From Firmicutes bacterium ADurb.Bin146 (lineage in GTDB: Bacteria > Bacillota > Clostridia > DUPQ01): a DNA stretch of 64,000 nt. A model generated the notes under the pieces. That model worked only from the letters and a program-made list of their open reading frames with translations. It did no database searches and was not told the origin of the DNA. Both the position numbers and the translations under genes were made by a program. The stretch is from NCBI GenBank assembly GCA_002070475.1, contig MWDI01000023.1, forward strand, positions 27,567 to 91,566, written 5' to 3'. Each line of letters starts with the position of its first letter. Position 1 is the first letter of the stretch. Shown here in pieces: positions 1-8,394 of this stretch.

Positions 1-1013
1 AAAGCGAATGAAAGATATGGGTTCGCCATAGGATCAGCCGACCTGACTTCTATTCTCGATAAAGAATCAATACTTGCAGGAATGCGGATAAGCTGTGATC
101 TGTCAGAATATGCCCAGGTAACATAACCTGGAGCTTTGAACTTGCTAAGCCTCTGATATGAATTTTCTGAATTATTCAACCATAATGTTATTTCTCTTAT
201 CCTGTTAAGTATGCCACAAATCATGTAATCTCTTGTGTTTGTCGTTGTGTCCTTCTTGTTTATGGATTTCACTGACATATTTACATGAAGCCCGTTTCCT
301 GCCTTATCTTTAATAGGTTTTGCAGAAAAATCTGCATATAGGCCGTTTCTGGCTGCTATAGCTGCTACTACTGCCTTGAAAGCTGTTAAATTATCTGCAG
401 CAGATATTGCATCAGAATATGCAAAGTCAATCTCATTTTGTCCAGGTCCTTCTTCATGATGAGATTTTTCCGGATTTATACCCATCTGTTCAAGGGTAAG
501 GCATATCTCACGTCGCACGTTTTCTCCTTTATCACAAGGAGCTATATCCATATATGTCCCATTATCAAGAGGAACATTAGTACTATTGCCTTCTTCATCT
601 GTCTTGAACAGATAAAACTCACATTCAGGACCGAAAAGAAAACTATATCCTTGTTCAGCGGCATATGATACTGCCTGTTTCAGTATATATCTTGAATCCG
701 AAATAAAAGGCTTTTTCTCTTTATCATAAATATCACAGAAAAACCTGACTACCCTTCCTGATGTAGGACGCCATGGCAGCAAAGACATGGTTCTTGCATC
801 GGGGATAAGAAACAGATCGGATTTGGATTCTTCTTTGAAGCCTTCAATTGCAGATGCATCGAAACTTATACCTGATTCAAATGCTTTGTTAAGCTCATTT
901 GGCATTATAGAGACATTTTTCTGCTTGCCGAATATATCGGTAAATGCAAGTCTTATGAACTTTACATCATTTTGCTCTATAAACTGAATTGCTTCTTCTT
1001 TTGAATAATACAT
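1..1013 (-). CDS. glnA: Glutamine synthetase type I, N-terminal ~337 aa (C-terminus lies beyond the window start)
   Basis: Absent from the ORF track because it runs off the window. My reverse-complement translation from ATG at 1013-1011 reads MYYSKEEAIQFIEQNDVKFIRLAFTDIFGKQKNVSIMPNELNKAFESGISFDASAIEGF..., a typical GS-I N-domain. The + ORFs 438-668 and 787-987 are its shadows. Confidence 0.85.
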   Translation of the reverse strand, partial: MYYSKEEAIQFIEQNDVKFIRLAFTDIFGKQKNVSIMPNELNKAFESGISFDASAIEGFKEESKSDLFLIPDARTMSLLPWRPTSGRVVRFFCDIYDKEKKPFISDSRYILKQAVSYAAEQGYSFLFGPECEFYLFKTDEEGNSTNVPLDNGTYMDIAPCDKGENVRREICLTLEQMGINPEKSHHEEGPGQNEIDFAYSDAISAADNLTAFKAVVAAIAARNGLYADFSAKPIKDKAGNGLHVNMSVKSINKKDTTTNTRDYMICGILNRIREITLWLNNSENSYQRLSKFKAPGYVTWAYSDRSQLIRIPASIDSLSRIEVRSADPMANPYLSFA

Positions 1014-1052
1014 GTGTGCTCCTTTCGAAATGTTTAGTATATTTTACATTAA

Positions 1053-1721
1053 TTACGAATAACAGTAAAGTTGCCTATATGGATTATTGCTGTTAGGCCT
1101 TATGACTAAATAATTACTATCCATTATCTTGTATTTATCTTCATTGAATTTCTCACAATATCTTGTAATATAGTCTTCAATCAATTTTAGTTCCTCTGCT
1201 TTCGCATTCAAGACTGAAACCTGCGAAGGCATGCTTTTGGGTACATTTTCAGTGCGTAAAAACATTATACCTCCATGCATTCCTGTTGCACAGAAATTTC
1301 CTGCTATAGACCTTCGCTCATGGCCAATGCCAAGAACTAAAATAATACCGCCTGCCTGATATTCCCCTAAAAAACTTCCAGCAGTTCCGCCAATAACCAT
1401 AACAGGCAGTTTATCCTTGTACTGTTTCATATGTATACCTGCTCTGTAGCCAGCATCTTTTTTAATGTATATCTGACCTCCTCTCATAGCATATCCCGCT
1501 GCATCGCCTGTGCTTCCGTGAATGGTAATTTCTCCAGCATTCATAGTGTCACCCGTAGCATCCTGTGCATTTCCATATACAGTAATATTACCGCCATCAA
1601 GATATGCGCCTAAAGCATTACCGGGAGTTCCGCTGATTATATACTGATTATCTTTGTCGCCACATGCCAGATATCGGACTCCAAGGCATTTTTCATCTGA
1701 TAACCTGATTATATTTCCCAT
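1053..1721 (-). CDS. GXGXG-motif protein (glutamate synthase alpha-subunit C-terminal domain homologue)
   Basis: Repetitive beta-helix Gly pattern (GNALGAYLDGGNITVYGNAQDATGDTMNAGEITIHGSTGDAAGYAMRGGQIYI) typical of GltB domain 3. It sits last in the split GOGAT operon. Confidence 0.8.
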   Translation of the reverse strand: MGNIIRLSDEKCLGVRYLACGDKDNQYIISGTPGNALGAYLDGGNITVYGNAQDATGDTMNAGEITIHGSTGDAAGYAMRGGQIYIKKDAGYRAGIHMKQYKDKLPVMVIGGTAGSFLGEYQAGGIILVLGIGHERRSIAGNFCATGMHGGIMFLRTENVPKSMPSQVSVLNAKAEELKLIEDYITRYCEKFNEDKYKIMDSNYLVIRPNSNNPYRQLYCYS

Positions 1722-1722
1722 C

Positions 1723-2958
1723 TCACCATGTCTCCTTTCCGTTTAGCAGATTTGATCTTTTTTCTATAGCAAGGGCGCATAAGGAAGGTTTACGTTTTAT
1801 AAGGTCAAAATCTACTGAGCTTAATGGCGTCTTATTCCTTATCATTGCCGTATATATACCTGCACACTCTATATCATCAACAAGTATAAAGCCTTTTAGC
1901 TTATCTTCTGAATAAAACAGCCTTTTATACTTCGCTTCATTTTTTTCAACATAATCCTCTCCTTCATATACACCAGCAGACAGAATATGCATACCCATAA
2001 GGCTCAGAGCGTTCATTGGCATTCCCGTATTAAAAGATGCTTCGTTACCAGCCATATTCACACCTGCAGTAAATCCCTGCATGTATGCATTCGCAAGAAG
2101 CGCAAGCACTCTTTTATTATTAACTGTCATATCATATCCCTGGGTACAGTCACCAGCCGCATAAATATCTTCAATACTTGTTTTGCAGTGTTCATCTATA
2201 AGGACTCCTCTATCAGTATCTGCTTTTGCTGCTTTCAATATTGATATATTAGGCCTTACTCCGACTGCTATAACAAGAGTGTCAAATTCTATTGTTGTTT
2301 CGTCAGTAAGAAGCGCGCTGTTTTCATATGCCTGTTTTACACTGCAGGACAGCTTTATATTAACGCCTTGCTTTAAAAGATAATCTGTGACTATATCTGA
2401 AGATTCTTTATCTAGTATACTAGGAAGAACCTGCTTTGCCATATCAATAACTGTCACAAAAGATACTTTGTCTTTAATTCCCTCACAGCATTTCAACCCT
2501 ATTAAACCAGCCCCCAGAATAAGTATTCTTGACTGGCTTGTCACACAATCTAAGAGACTCTTTGCATCATCTAGCGTCATAAAAGTATGCATATCGTTAA
2601 CTTTATCCAAACCCAAAATATCTGGTATAAAAGGTGATGATCCGGTTGCCACAAGCAATTTATCATATTCAACAGCTGTTGAGTCATCAAGAAATACGCT
2701 TTTTATATCTGGGTCTATCTTGACTGCTTTTTTAGCAAATATGGCATGGACATCATTGTCTTTATAGAAACTGTCCGGCCTGTATTTCATTCTGTCAATA
2801 TTGGTTTTTCCCTGCATAAGATAGGATATCAAGGGCTTTGAGTATGTATGATGATTCTCCATGGAAATCAAAGTAATACATCCTTGTTTATCCTTGCTTC
2901 TTATACCTTCAATACCTGCAATTGCAGCAGTTGAGTTGCCTATTATCACATATCTCAT
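1723..2958 (-). CDS. FAD/NAD(P)-dependent pyridine nucleotide-disulfide oxidoreductase (probable electron-input subunit of the split glutamate synthase)
   Basis: Two dinucleotide folds (VIIGNSTAAIAG, LILGAGLIGLK) and an AAGD motif. Start moved to MRYVIIG (ATG 2958), which abuts the upstream stop at 2960. Confidence 0.75.
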   Translation of the reverse strand: MRYVIIGNSTAAIAGIEGIRSKDKQGCITLISMENHHTYSKPLISYLMQGKTNIDRMKYRPDSFYKDNDVHAIFAKKAVKIDPDIKSVFLDDSTAVEYDKLLVATGSSPFIPDILGLDKVNDMHTFMTLDDAKSLLDCVTSQSRILILGAGLIGLKCCEGIKDKVSFVTVIDMAKQVLPSILDKESSDIVTDYLLKQGVNIKLSCSVKQAYENSALLTDETTIEFDTLVIAVGVRPNISILKAAKADTDRGVLIDEHCKTSIEDIYAAGDCTQGYDMTVNNKRVLALLANAYMQGFTAGVNMAGNEASFNTGMPMNALSLMGMHILSAGVYEGEDYVEKNEAKYKRLFYSEDKLKGFILVDDIECAGIYTAMIRNKTPLSSVDFDLIKRKPSLCALAIEKRSNLLNGKETW

Positions 2959-2959
2959 A

Positions 2960-3388
2960 TTATACCTCCGCCAGTTCGATGGCCTTATTAGGGCATCCTT
3001 GCACACATGCAGGTTTCGCATCGTTATTGCCTATGCACAGCTCGCACTTTCTGACAGCTCCTTCATCAGAAGGCATAACCGCTCCATATGGGCATACTAG
3101 CACGCATGTATAACAGCCAACGCATCTGTTTTTATCAATACATACGACATTATCTTTTATACTAAGAGCTCCTGTTATGCAGCTTTTTACGCATATAGGA
3201 TCTTCACAGTGACGGCAGGATACTGCAAAGGAAATTTTCTCATTCTGCTCGATTCTTAATTTTGGCCTTAAACTCATATCTTTAAGGGCTTTTACCATAT
3301 CTTCAATTCCCGAATTTGCAAATGCACAGTAATACTCACAAAGATGACAGCCAAGACACCATTTCTCATTTACTTTAATTTTCATCAT
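2960..3388 (-). CDS. 4Fe-4S ferredoxin-domain protein
   Basis: Multiple Cys cluster motifs: CLGCHLCEYYC, CRHCEDPICVKSC, CVGCYTCVLVCP. Confidence 0.8.
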   Translation of the reverse strand: MMKIKVNEKWCLGCHLCEYYCAFANSGIEDMVKALKDMSLRPKLRIEQNEKISFAVSCRHCEDPICVKSCITGALSIKDNVVCIDKNRCVGCYTCVLVCPYGAVMPSDEGAVRKCELCIGNNDAKPACVQGCPNKAIELAEV

Positions 3389-3390
3389 TT

Positions 3391-4905
3391 CTATTCACCT
3401 GCATGCCTGATTCCTAAAATATCAAGCTCCTTTTGATTAAGTCCTATTCCTCTTAGCATGAACCTGTTGCCTTTTAAAGCTTCTATTGAGTTTATGCCCA
3501 TTCCTCCCATCATTTCTTTTATCTCATGCGTCCATGCGGTAATGAGATTTACAAGTCTTTGATATCCGACTTCAGGATTAAGTCTCTTTACAAGATCCTC
3601 TCTTTGCGTGGCTATCCCCCAGTTGCACTTGCCGCTGTAACATGTACGGCAAAGATGACATCCTAAAGCAAGCAGTGCTGCAGTTGCTATATATACGGCA
3701 TCAGCTCCTAAAGCTATAGCTTTAACAACATCAGAAGAGCAACGTATAGATCCTCCTACTACCAAAGAAACACTATCCCTTATACCCTCATTTCTCAATC
3801 TTGTGTCCACTGATGCAAGAGCAAGTTCTATAGGTATTCCTACATTATCCCTTATCCTCACAGGTGCGGCTCCTGTTCCACCTCGAAATCCGTCAATCGC
3901 GATTATATCCGCTCCAGATCTTGCTATTCCTGAAGCTATTGCCGCAACATTATGTACTGCAGCTATCTTTACTATTACTGGTTTTTTAAAATCAGTCGCA
4001 TGTTTTAAAGACATTACGAGCTGATTGAGATCCTCTATAGAATATATGTCATGATGAGGAGCAGGGCTTATAGCATCTGTTCCAACCGGTATCATCCTAG
4101 TTTTTGACACATCCTCAGTTATCTTGGCGCCAGGAAGATGTCCTCCAATACCCGGTTTCGCGCCTTGCCCCATCTTAATTTCCACTGCAGCTCCAGTATT
4201 TAAATAATCTATGTGCACGCCGAATCGTCCTGATGCAACCTGCACTATTGTATTGCTTCCATACTGATAGAAATCCTCATGAAGCCCTCCTTCGCCTGTG
4301 TTATAAAGGATTCCCAAACTCTTAGATGCTCGTGCTAAACTTTCATGCGCATTATAGCTTAAACTTCCGTAACTCATAGCAGAAAACATTATTGGGGTAG
4401 AAAGCTCTAATTGAGGACCTAGATTGGGTACAATATTTCCTTTATGGTCTCTTTTTATCGTATGCTTTTTTTGGCCTAAGTAAGTTCTTGTTTCCATTGG
4501 TTCTCTTAATGGGTCTATTGAAGGATTAGTAACTTGTGATGCATTTATGAGCATATTATCCCAGTAGACCGGATAATTCATAGGATTACCCATTGAAGAT
4601 AACAGCACTCCTGCAGAAGAAGCCTGTTTATATATATCAGTAATTATGTCTGCAGTCCAGTTGCCGTTTTCCCTGAATGAATGAGGGTTCTTTATAATTC
4701 TTAAAGCTTTTGTAGGACACAAAGCGACACATCGGTGACAATTCACGCATTTGGATTCATCTGCAATCATAATCCTGTAATCATTATCATACCTGTGCAC
4801 TTGGTTTGCACACTGATTCTCACAGACCCTGCATTTTATACATCTGGTCTCATCTCTTAATATTTCAAATTGCGGGAATATGTAGTTAATCGGCATTGCA
4901 TTCAC
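3391..4905 (-). CDS. Glutamate synthase FMN-binding catalytic subunit (GltB domain 2-like) with N-terminal 2x[4Fe-4S] motif
   Basis: CIKCRVCENQC and CVNCHRCVALCP, followed by the GltS core (NTGEGG, KMGQGAKPGIGGHLPG, IAIDGFRGGTGAAP). Confidence 0.85.
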   Translation of the reverse strand: MNAMPINYIFPQFEILRDETRCIKCRVCENQCANQVHRYDNDYRIMIADESKCVNCHRCVALCPTKALRIIKNPHSFRENGNWTADIITDIYKQASSAGVLLSSMGNPMNYPVYWDNMLINASQVTNPSIDPLREPMETRTYLGQKKHTIKRDHKGNIVPNLGPQLELSTPIMFSAMSYGSLSYNAHESLARASKSLGILYNTGEGGLHEDFYQYGSNTIVQVASGRFGVHIDYLNTGAAVEIKMGQGAKPGIGGHLPGAKITEDVSKTRMIPVGTDAISPAPHHDIYSIEDLNQLVMSLKHATDFKKPVIVKIAAVHNVAAIASGIARSGADIIAIDGFRGGTGAAPVRIRDNVGIPIELALASVDTRLRNEGIRDSVSLVVGGSIRCSSDVVKAIALGADAVYIATAALLALGCHLCRTCYSGKCNWGIATQREDLVKRLNPEVGYQRLVNLITAWTHEIKEMMGGMGINSIEALKGNRFMLRGIGLNQKELDILGIRHAGE

Positions 4906-5992
4906 CTTCCTTTAAGGTATAAATGACAGGTTCGCCTCCCCTTGGTGAATAAATCCTGTCTAAATCCTTGCATATTTTGCGTATTGCTGATTCCTCAGAA
5001 GCTATGTATACAGTATCTTTTTTTTCTCCAACTACCATAGAACGTAGCTTTAGCCTGTCATTTAGGGCCATTATTCCTCCTGTAAATCCCACGATTATAG
5101 AAAAAGGTCCTGTGATGAGCAAAGAGGAGAAAGTATTTCTCAGATATATGAGCTTTTCCTTTTCCTGCTGTTCTTTTCTATCTATTGATGACCAGAAAGG
5201 TGCTGCTATCACAATCGCTGCTTCTTCATATGACAATCCTGTTTTTCTTATAAGGAAATCCAGTATATATGCTATTACTTCAGTATCGGTAAGTAGATTG
5301 CATTTGTATCCAAACATCTCTATATACCGCCTGTTGGCATCATAAGAGGATATTTCTCCATTATGAACTATTGAGCAATCAAGAAAGGAAAAGGGATGAG
5401 CTCCTCCCCACCAGCCCGGAGTGTTTGTCGGGTATCTTCCGTGAGCTGTCCAGCAGTATGCTTCATATTCATCCAGTCTGTAAAAACTGCCCACATCTTC
5501 AGGATATCCGACAGCTTTAAATACTCCCATATCTTTCCCGCTGGAAAAAACATATGCACCATCTATATCCGAATTTATCCTTGTAACGCACGATGACGTG
5601 TATTCTTGTTCATCAAGTTGGGCAGATATAAGGTTAGAAGACTTAGGCAGTACAAAATATCTGAATATCAATGGTTCATTTATAATTTTAGGGTGTCTTC
5701 TTGTAGGTATCCTAGATAGATATGCAATGGTAAAATGACTATTAAGATATTCTTCGCATATGACTTTTGCTTTATCATCATCATAAAAGATATGAAAGGC
5801 ATAGTAGTCCTTATATTCAGGATAAATACCATAACCAGCAAAACCACCGCCTAAACCATTAGATCTTGCATGCATTATTTCAATAGCGGATATTATGTCA
5901 GTTCCGCTGACTCTTTTGCCGTCTTTGTTAAAAATACCGCAGATAGCGCATCCCGAAGGTATCCTGTAATTGTCTTTTCCTTCTTTTAACAT
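4886..5992 (-). CDS. Class II (Ntn-type) glutamine amidotransferase, GltB domain 1-like
   Basis: N-terminal CAICGI nucleophile region, HARSNGLGGG, HGRYPTNT and VHNGEI motifs of the GATase_2 family. First gene of the operon, RBS GGAGAG. Confidence 0.8.
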   Translation of the reverse strand: MLKEGKDNYRIPSGCAICGIFNKDGKRVSGTDIISAIEIMHARSNGLGGGFAGYGIYPEYKDYYAFHIFYDDDKAKVICEEYLNSHFTIAYLSRIPTRRHPKIINEPLIFRYFVLPKSSNLISAQLDEQEYTSSCVTRINSDIDGAYVFSSGKDMGVFKAVGYPEDVGSFYRLDEYEAYCWTAHGRYPTNTPGWWGGAHPFSFLDCSIVHNGEISSYDANRRYIEMFGYKCNLLTDTEVIAYILDFLIRKTGLSYEEAAIVIAAPFWSSIDRKEQQEKEKLIYLRNTFSSLLITGPFSIIVGFTGGIMALNDRLKLRSMVVGEKKDTVYIASEESAIRKICKDLDRIYSPRGGEPVIYTLKEGECNAD

Positions 5993-6007
5993 ATGTCTCT
6001 CCTAAAT

Positions 6008-6051
6008 AAAAAGCGCCCGATAATAAAGCTTAAAGCTCAATCACCGGACGC
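6008..6051 (-). terminator. Promoter-proximal intrinsic terminator in the 5' leader of the split-GOGAT operon
   Basis: On the minus strand, GCGUCCGGUGAUUGAGC...GCUUUAUUAUCGGGCGC forms a long imperfect hairpin followed by UUUUU. It ends about 10 nt before the RBS/ATG of the 4886-5992 gene. Confidence 0.6.
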
Positions 6052-6068
6052 CTTTGTCCTTTAAGATT

Positions 6069-6096
6069 ATCTTATAGATTTTTTACAGGATGTCAA
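6069..6096 (-). promoter_or_regulatory. Sigma-A type promoter for the split-GOGAT operon
   Basis: Minus strand: TTGACA (6096-6091), 16 nt spacer, TAAGAT (6074-6069). Confidence 0.55.
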
Positions 6097-6106
6097 TATT
6101 TTTTTA

Positions 6107-6134
6107 TTGACATATATAGCAAGAGGAATATAAT
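6107..6134 (+). promoter_or_regulatory. Sigma-A type promoter for glnN
   Basis: TTGACA (6107-6112), 16 nt spacer, TATAAT (6129-6134). Both hexamers match consensus. Confidence 0.7.
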
Positions 6135-6153
6135 AAATGAGTAAACAGCAAAG

Positions 6154-6188
6154 GCGCTGTGAGTTGAACACTCGCAGCGTCTTTTTTT
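6154..6188 (+). terminator. Promoter-proximal intrinsic terminator in the glnN 5' leader
   Basis: 11-bp stem GCGCUGUGAGU / ACUCGCAGCGU (two G-U pairs), 5-nt loop, then C + U7. It lies about 15 nt upstream of the glnN RBS. Confidence 0.7.
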
Positions 6189-6215
6189 GTTAAATTATTG
6201 TATAGGGAGGGAAAG

Positions 6216-8318
6216 ATGGATTACATCAACAAAGAAATACCAAAAATGTTCGGTAACCTGGTATTTAATGATTCAGTTATGAAAAACAGGCTGCCAAAGG
6301 ACATATATCGTTCTTTAAAAAAGACTATCGAGGAAGGCACTGAGCTTGATATAAATTCTGCAAATTCTATTGCCTCGGTAATGAGAGACTGGGCAATTGA
6401 AAAAGGAGCTACTCATTTTACACATTGGTTCCAACCCCTTACAGGCATCACTGCAGAAAAGCATGAAAGCTTTATAGCCGCTCAGCAGGATGGAACAGTT
6501 ATTATGGAATTTAACGGTAATGAGCTAATAAAAGGTGAACCAGACGCATCAAGTTTCCCGTCAGGCGGATTAAGAGCAACGTTTGAAGCAAGAGGATATA
6601 CTGCATGGGATCCCACATCATATTCTTTTATAAAAGGGCGGTGTTTGTGTATACCTACAGTTTTCTGTTCTTACTGCGGTAACGTCCTAGATAAGAAAAC
6701 GCCTCTTTTAAGATCAATGGAAAAACTTAATGAAAATGCTTTAAGAATACTTAATTTATTCAATGTAGAAGGAGTGACTCATGTATCATCAACAGTAGGC
6801 CCTGAACAGGAGTATTTTCTTATTGATAAAAAGCTTTTTGAACAGAGGGAAGACTTAAAATTCTGTGGTAGGACTCTTTTTGGAGCAAAACCTCCCAAAG
6901 GTCAGGAGATGGAAGATCACTATTTCGGCGCTATACGACCAAGAGTAGACGCATTTATGGAGGAACTGGATAGCGAACTTTGGAAACTAGGAATATTCGC
7001 TAAAACCGAGCATAATGAAGTTGCTCCGAGCCAGCATGAGCTTGCTCCCATATTTACTACTACTAATACTGCTTCAGACCATAATCAGATAACAATGGAG
7101 ATGTTGAAAAGAATTGCAGAAAAACACGGACTCACATGCCTTCTTCATGAAAAGCCTTTTGCAGGCATTAATGGATCAGGTAAACATAATAACTGGTCTT
7201 TAAGCACAAATACAGGTAAAAATCTGCTTGATGGAGGTAAAAATCCTATAACAAACAAAATATTTTTACTTTTTCTTTCTGCAGTGATAAAAGCAGTTGA
7301 CCAACATCAGGACTTGTTAAGGATTTCCGTTGCATCTGCAGGTAATGATTACAGGCTTGGGGCAAATGAGGCCCCTCCTGCAATATTGTCTATTTTTCTT
7401 GGTGACGAACTGACTTCAATAATGGAAAGCATTGCAGATGACAAAGCATATACTGGTAGTGTACATTCAAGTATGAAGACAGGAGTGCATGCGATTCCAG
7501 GATTCAGAAAAGATACGACAGACCGTAACAGGACTTCTCCTTTTGCTTTTACAGGCAATAAGTTCGAATTTCGTATGGTTGGTTCTGGTATGTCGATAGC
7601 TGATGCTAATATTGTGCTAAATACAATAGTTGCTGACAGCCTGTCTGAATTTGCAGATACTTTAGAAAAAACAGAGGACATTTCAACAGCAGTCGATAAC
7701 ATTATTAAACAAACTTACATAAAGCACAAAAGAATAGTATTTAATGGGAATAACTATTCCGAGGAATGGGTATTAGAAGCAAAAAAAAGAGGCCTTCTTA
7801 ACCTCAAGACGACAGCAGATGCGCTTTCCTTTTTTATATCAAAAAAGAACATAGAGCTTTTTGAACGTTATGGCATACTAAGTGAAGTAGAACTGCGTTC
7901 AAGATATGAGATACTATTGGAAAATTACTGTAAAATTATAAATATTGAAGCTCTTACAATGCAACAGATTGCTAAAAGAAATATTTATCCATCTGTCAGC
8001 AGATATATAAAATCTCTTACTGAGTTATACTGTTTAAAAAAATCCATCGATATTGCTTTTGAAAAAGATTCTACACTGTTGCAAATAAAAAAACTTACTT
8101 CACTACTTGATAGTCTTCATTTTGAGACAGAGAATCTGGAAAATACGGTTGCTCATTCAAAAAACATTAAAAATAATGAAGAATTAAGCTTCTACTGTAA
8201 GGATATAATAATACCTTCAATGAACAGATTAAGAGCTGTAGCAGATGAACTTGAAACAAATACTGCTTCATCATATTGGCCTTTCCCGACATATGGTCAG
8301 TTGCTTTATTCTGTGTAG
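6216..8318 (+). CDS. glnN: Glutamine synthetase type III
   Basis: About 700 aa, with GS-III hallmarks ([32 protein letters not shown]). Start moved to MDYINKE (ATG 6216), preceded by AGGGAGGG. Confidence 0.85.
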   Translation: MDYINKEIPKMFGNLVFNDSVMKNRLPKDIYRSLKKTIEEGTELDINSANSIASVMRDWAIEKGATHFTHWFQPLTGITAEKHESFIAAQQDGTVIMEFNGNELIKGEPDASSFPSGGLRATFEARGYTAWDPTSYSFIKGRCLCIPTVFCSYCGNVLDKKTPLLRSMEKLNENALRILNLFNVEGVTHVSSTVGPEQEYFLIDKKLFEQREDLKFCGRTLFGAKPPKGQEMEDHYFGAIRPRVDAFMEELDSELWKLGIFAKTEHNEVAPSQHELAPIFTTTNTASDHNQITMEMLKRIAEKHGLTCLLHEKPFAGINGSGKHNNWSLSTNTGKNLLDGGKNPITNKIFLLFLSAVIKAVDQHQDLLRISVASAGNDYRLGANEAPPAILSIFLGDELTSIMESIADDKAYTGSVHSSMKTGVHAIPGFRKDTTDRNRTSPFAFTGNKFEFRMVGSGMSIADANIVLNTIVADSLSEFADTLEKTEDISTAVDNIIKQTYIKHKRIVFNGNNYSEEWVLEAKKRGLLNLKTTADALSFFISKKNIELFERYGILSEVELRSRYEILLENYCKIINIEALTMQQIAKRNIYPSVSRYIKSLTELYCLKKSIDIAFEKDSTLLQIKKLTSLLDSLHFETENLENTVAHSKNIKNNEELSFYCKDIIIPSMNRLRAVADELETNTASSYWPFPTYGQLLYSV

Positions 8319-8345
8319 TATAGTTTATCGTCTTCTAAGATTATA

Positions 8346-8382
8346 AGCCACATAAGCTTAATGCGGCTCATTTTTCTTTTTT
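8346..8382 (+). terminator. Probable intrinsic terminator after glnN
   Basis: AGCCACAU..AUGCGGCU hairpin (one mismatch) followed by a UUUUUCUUUUUU tract. Confidence 0.5.
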
Positions 8383-8394
8383 AATAAAATATGT

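Noticed and set aside
438-987. Two + strand ORFs (76 and 66 aa) at the start of the window
   Set aside because: They lie antisense to an uninterrupted minus-strand frame that translates as glutamine synthetase type I. They have a low-complexity, Ser/Phe/Ile-rich composition typical of shadow ORFs.
6090-6113. Possible TnrA/GlnR box in the palindrome ATGTCAAT-N8-ATTGACAT between the N-assimilation operons
   Set aside because: The canonical Bacillus-type site is TGTNA-N7-TNACA (17 bp). Here the TGTCA/TGACA arms are 12 nt apart, so it does not fit. The symmetry may simply reflect two back-to-back -35 hexamers. It is kept only as part of the promoter description.
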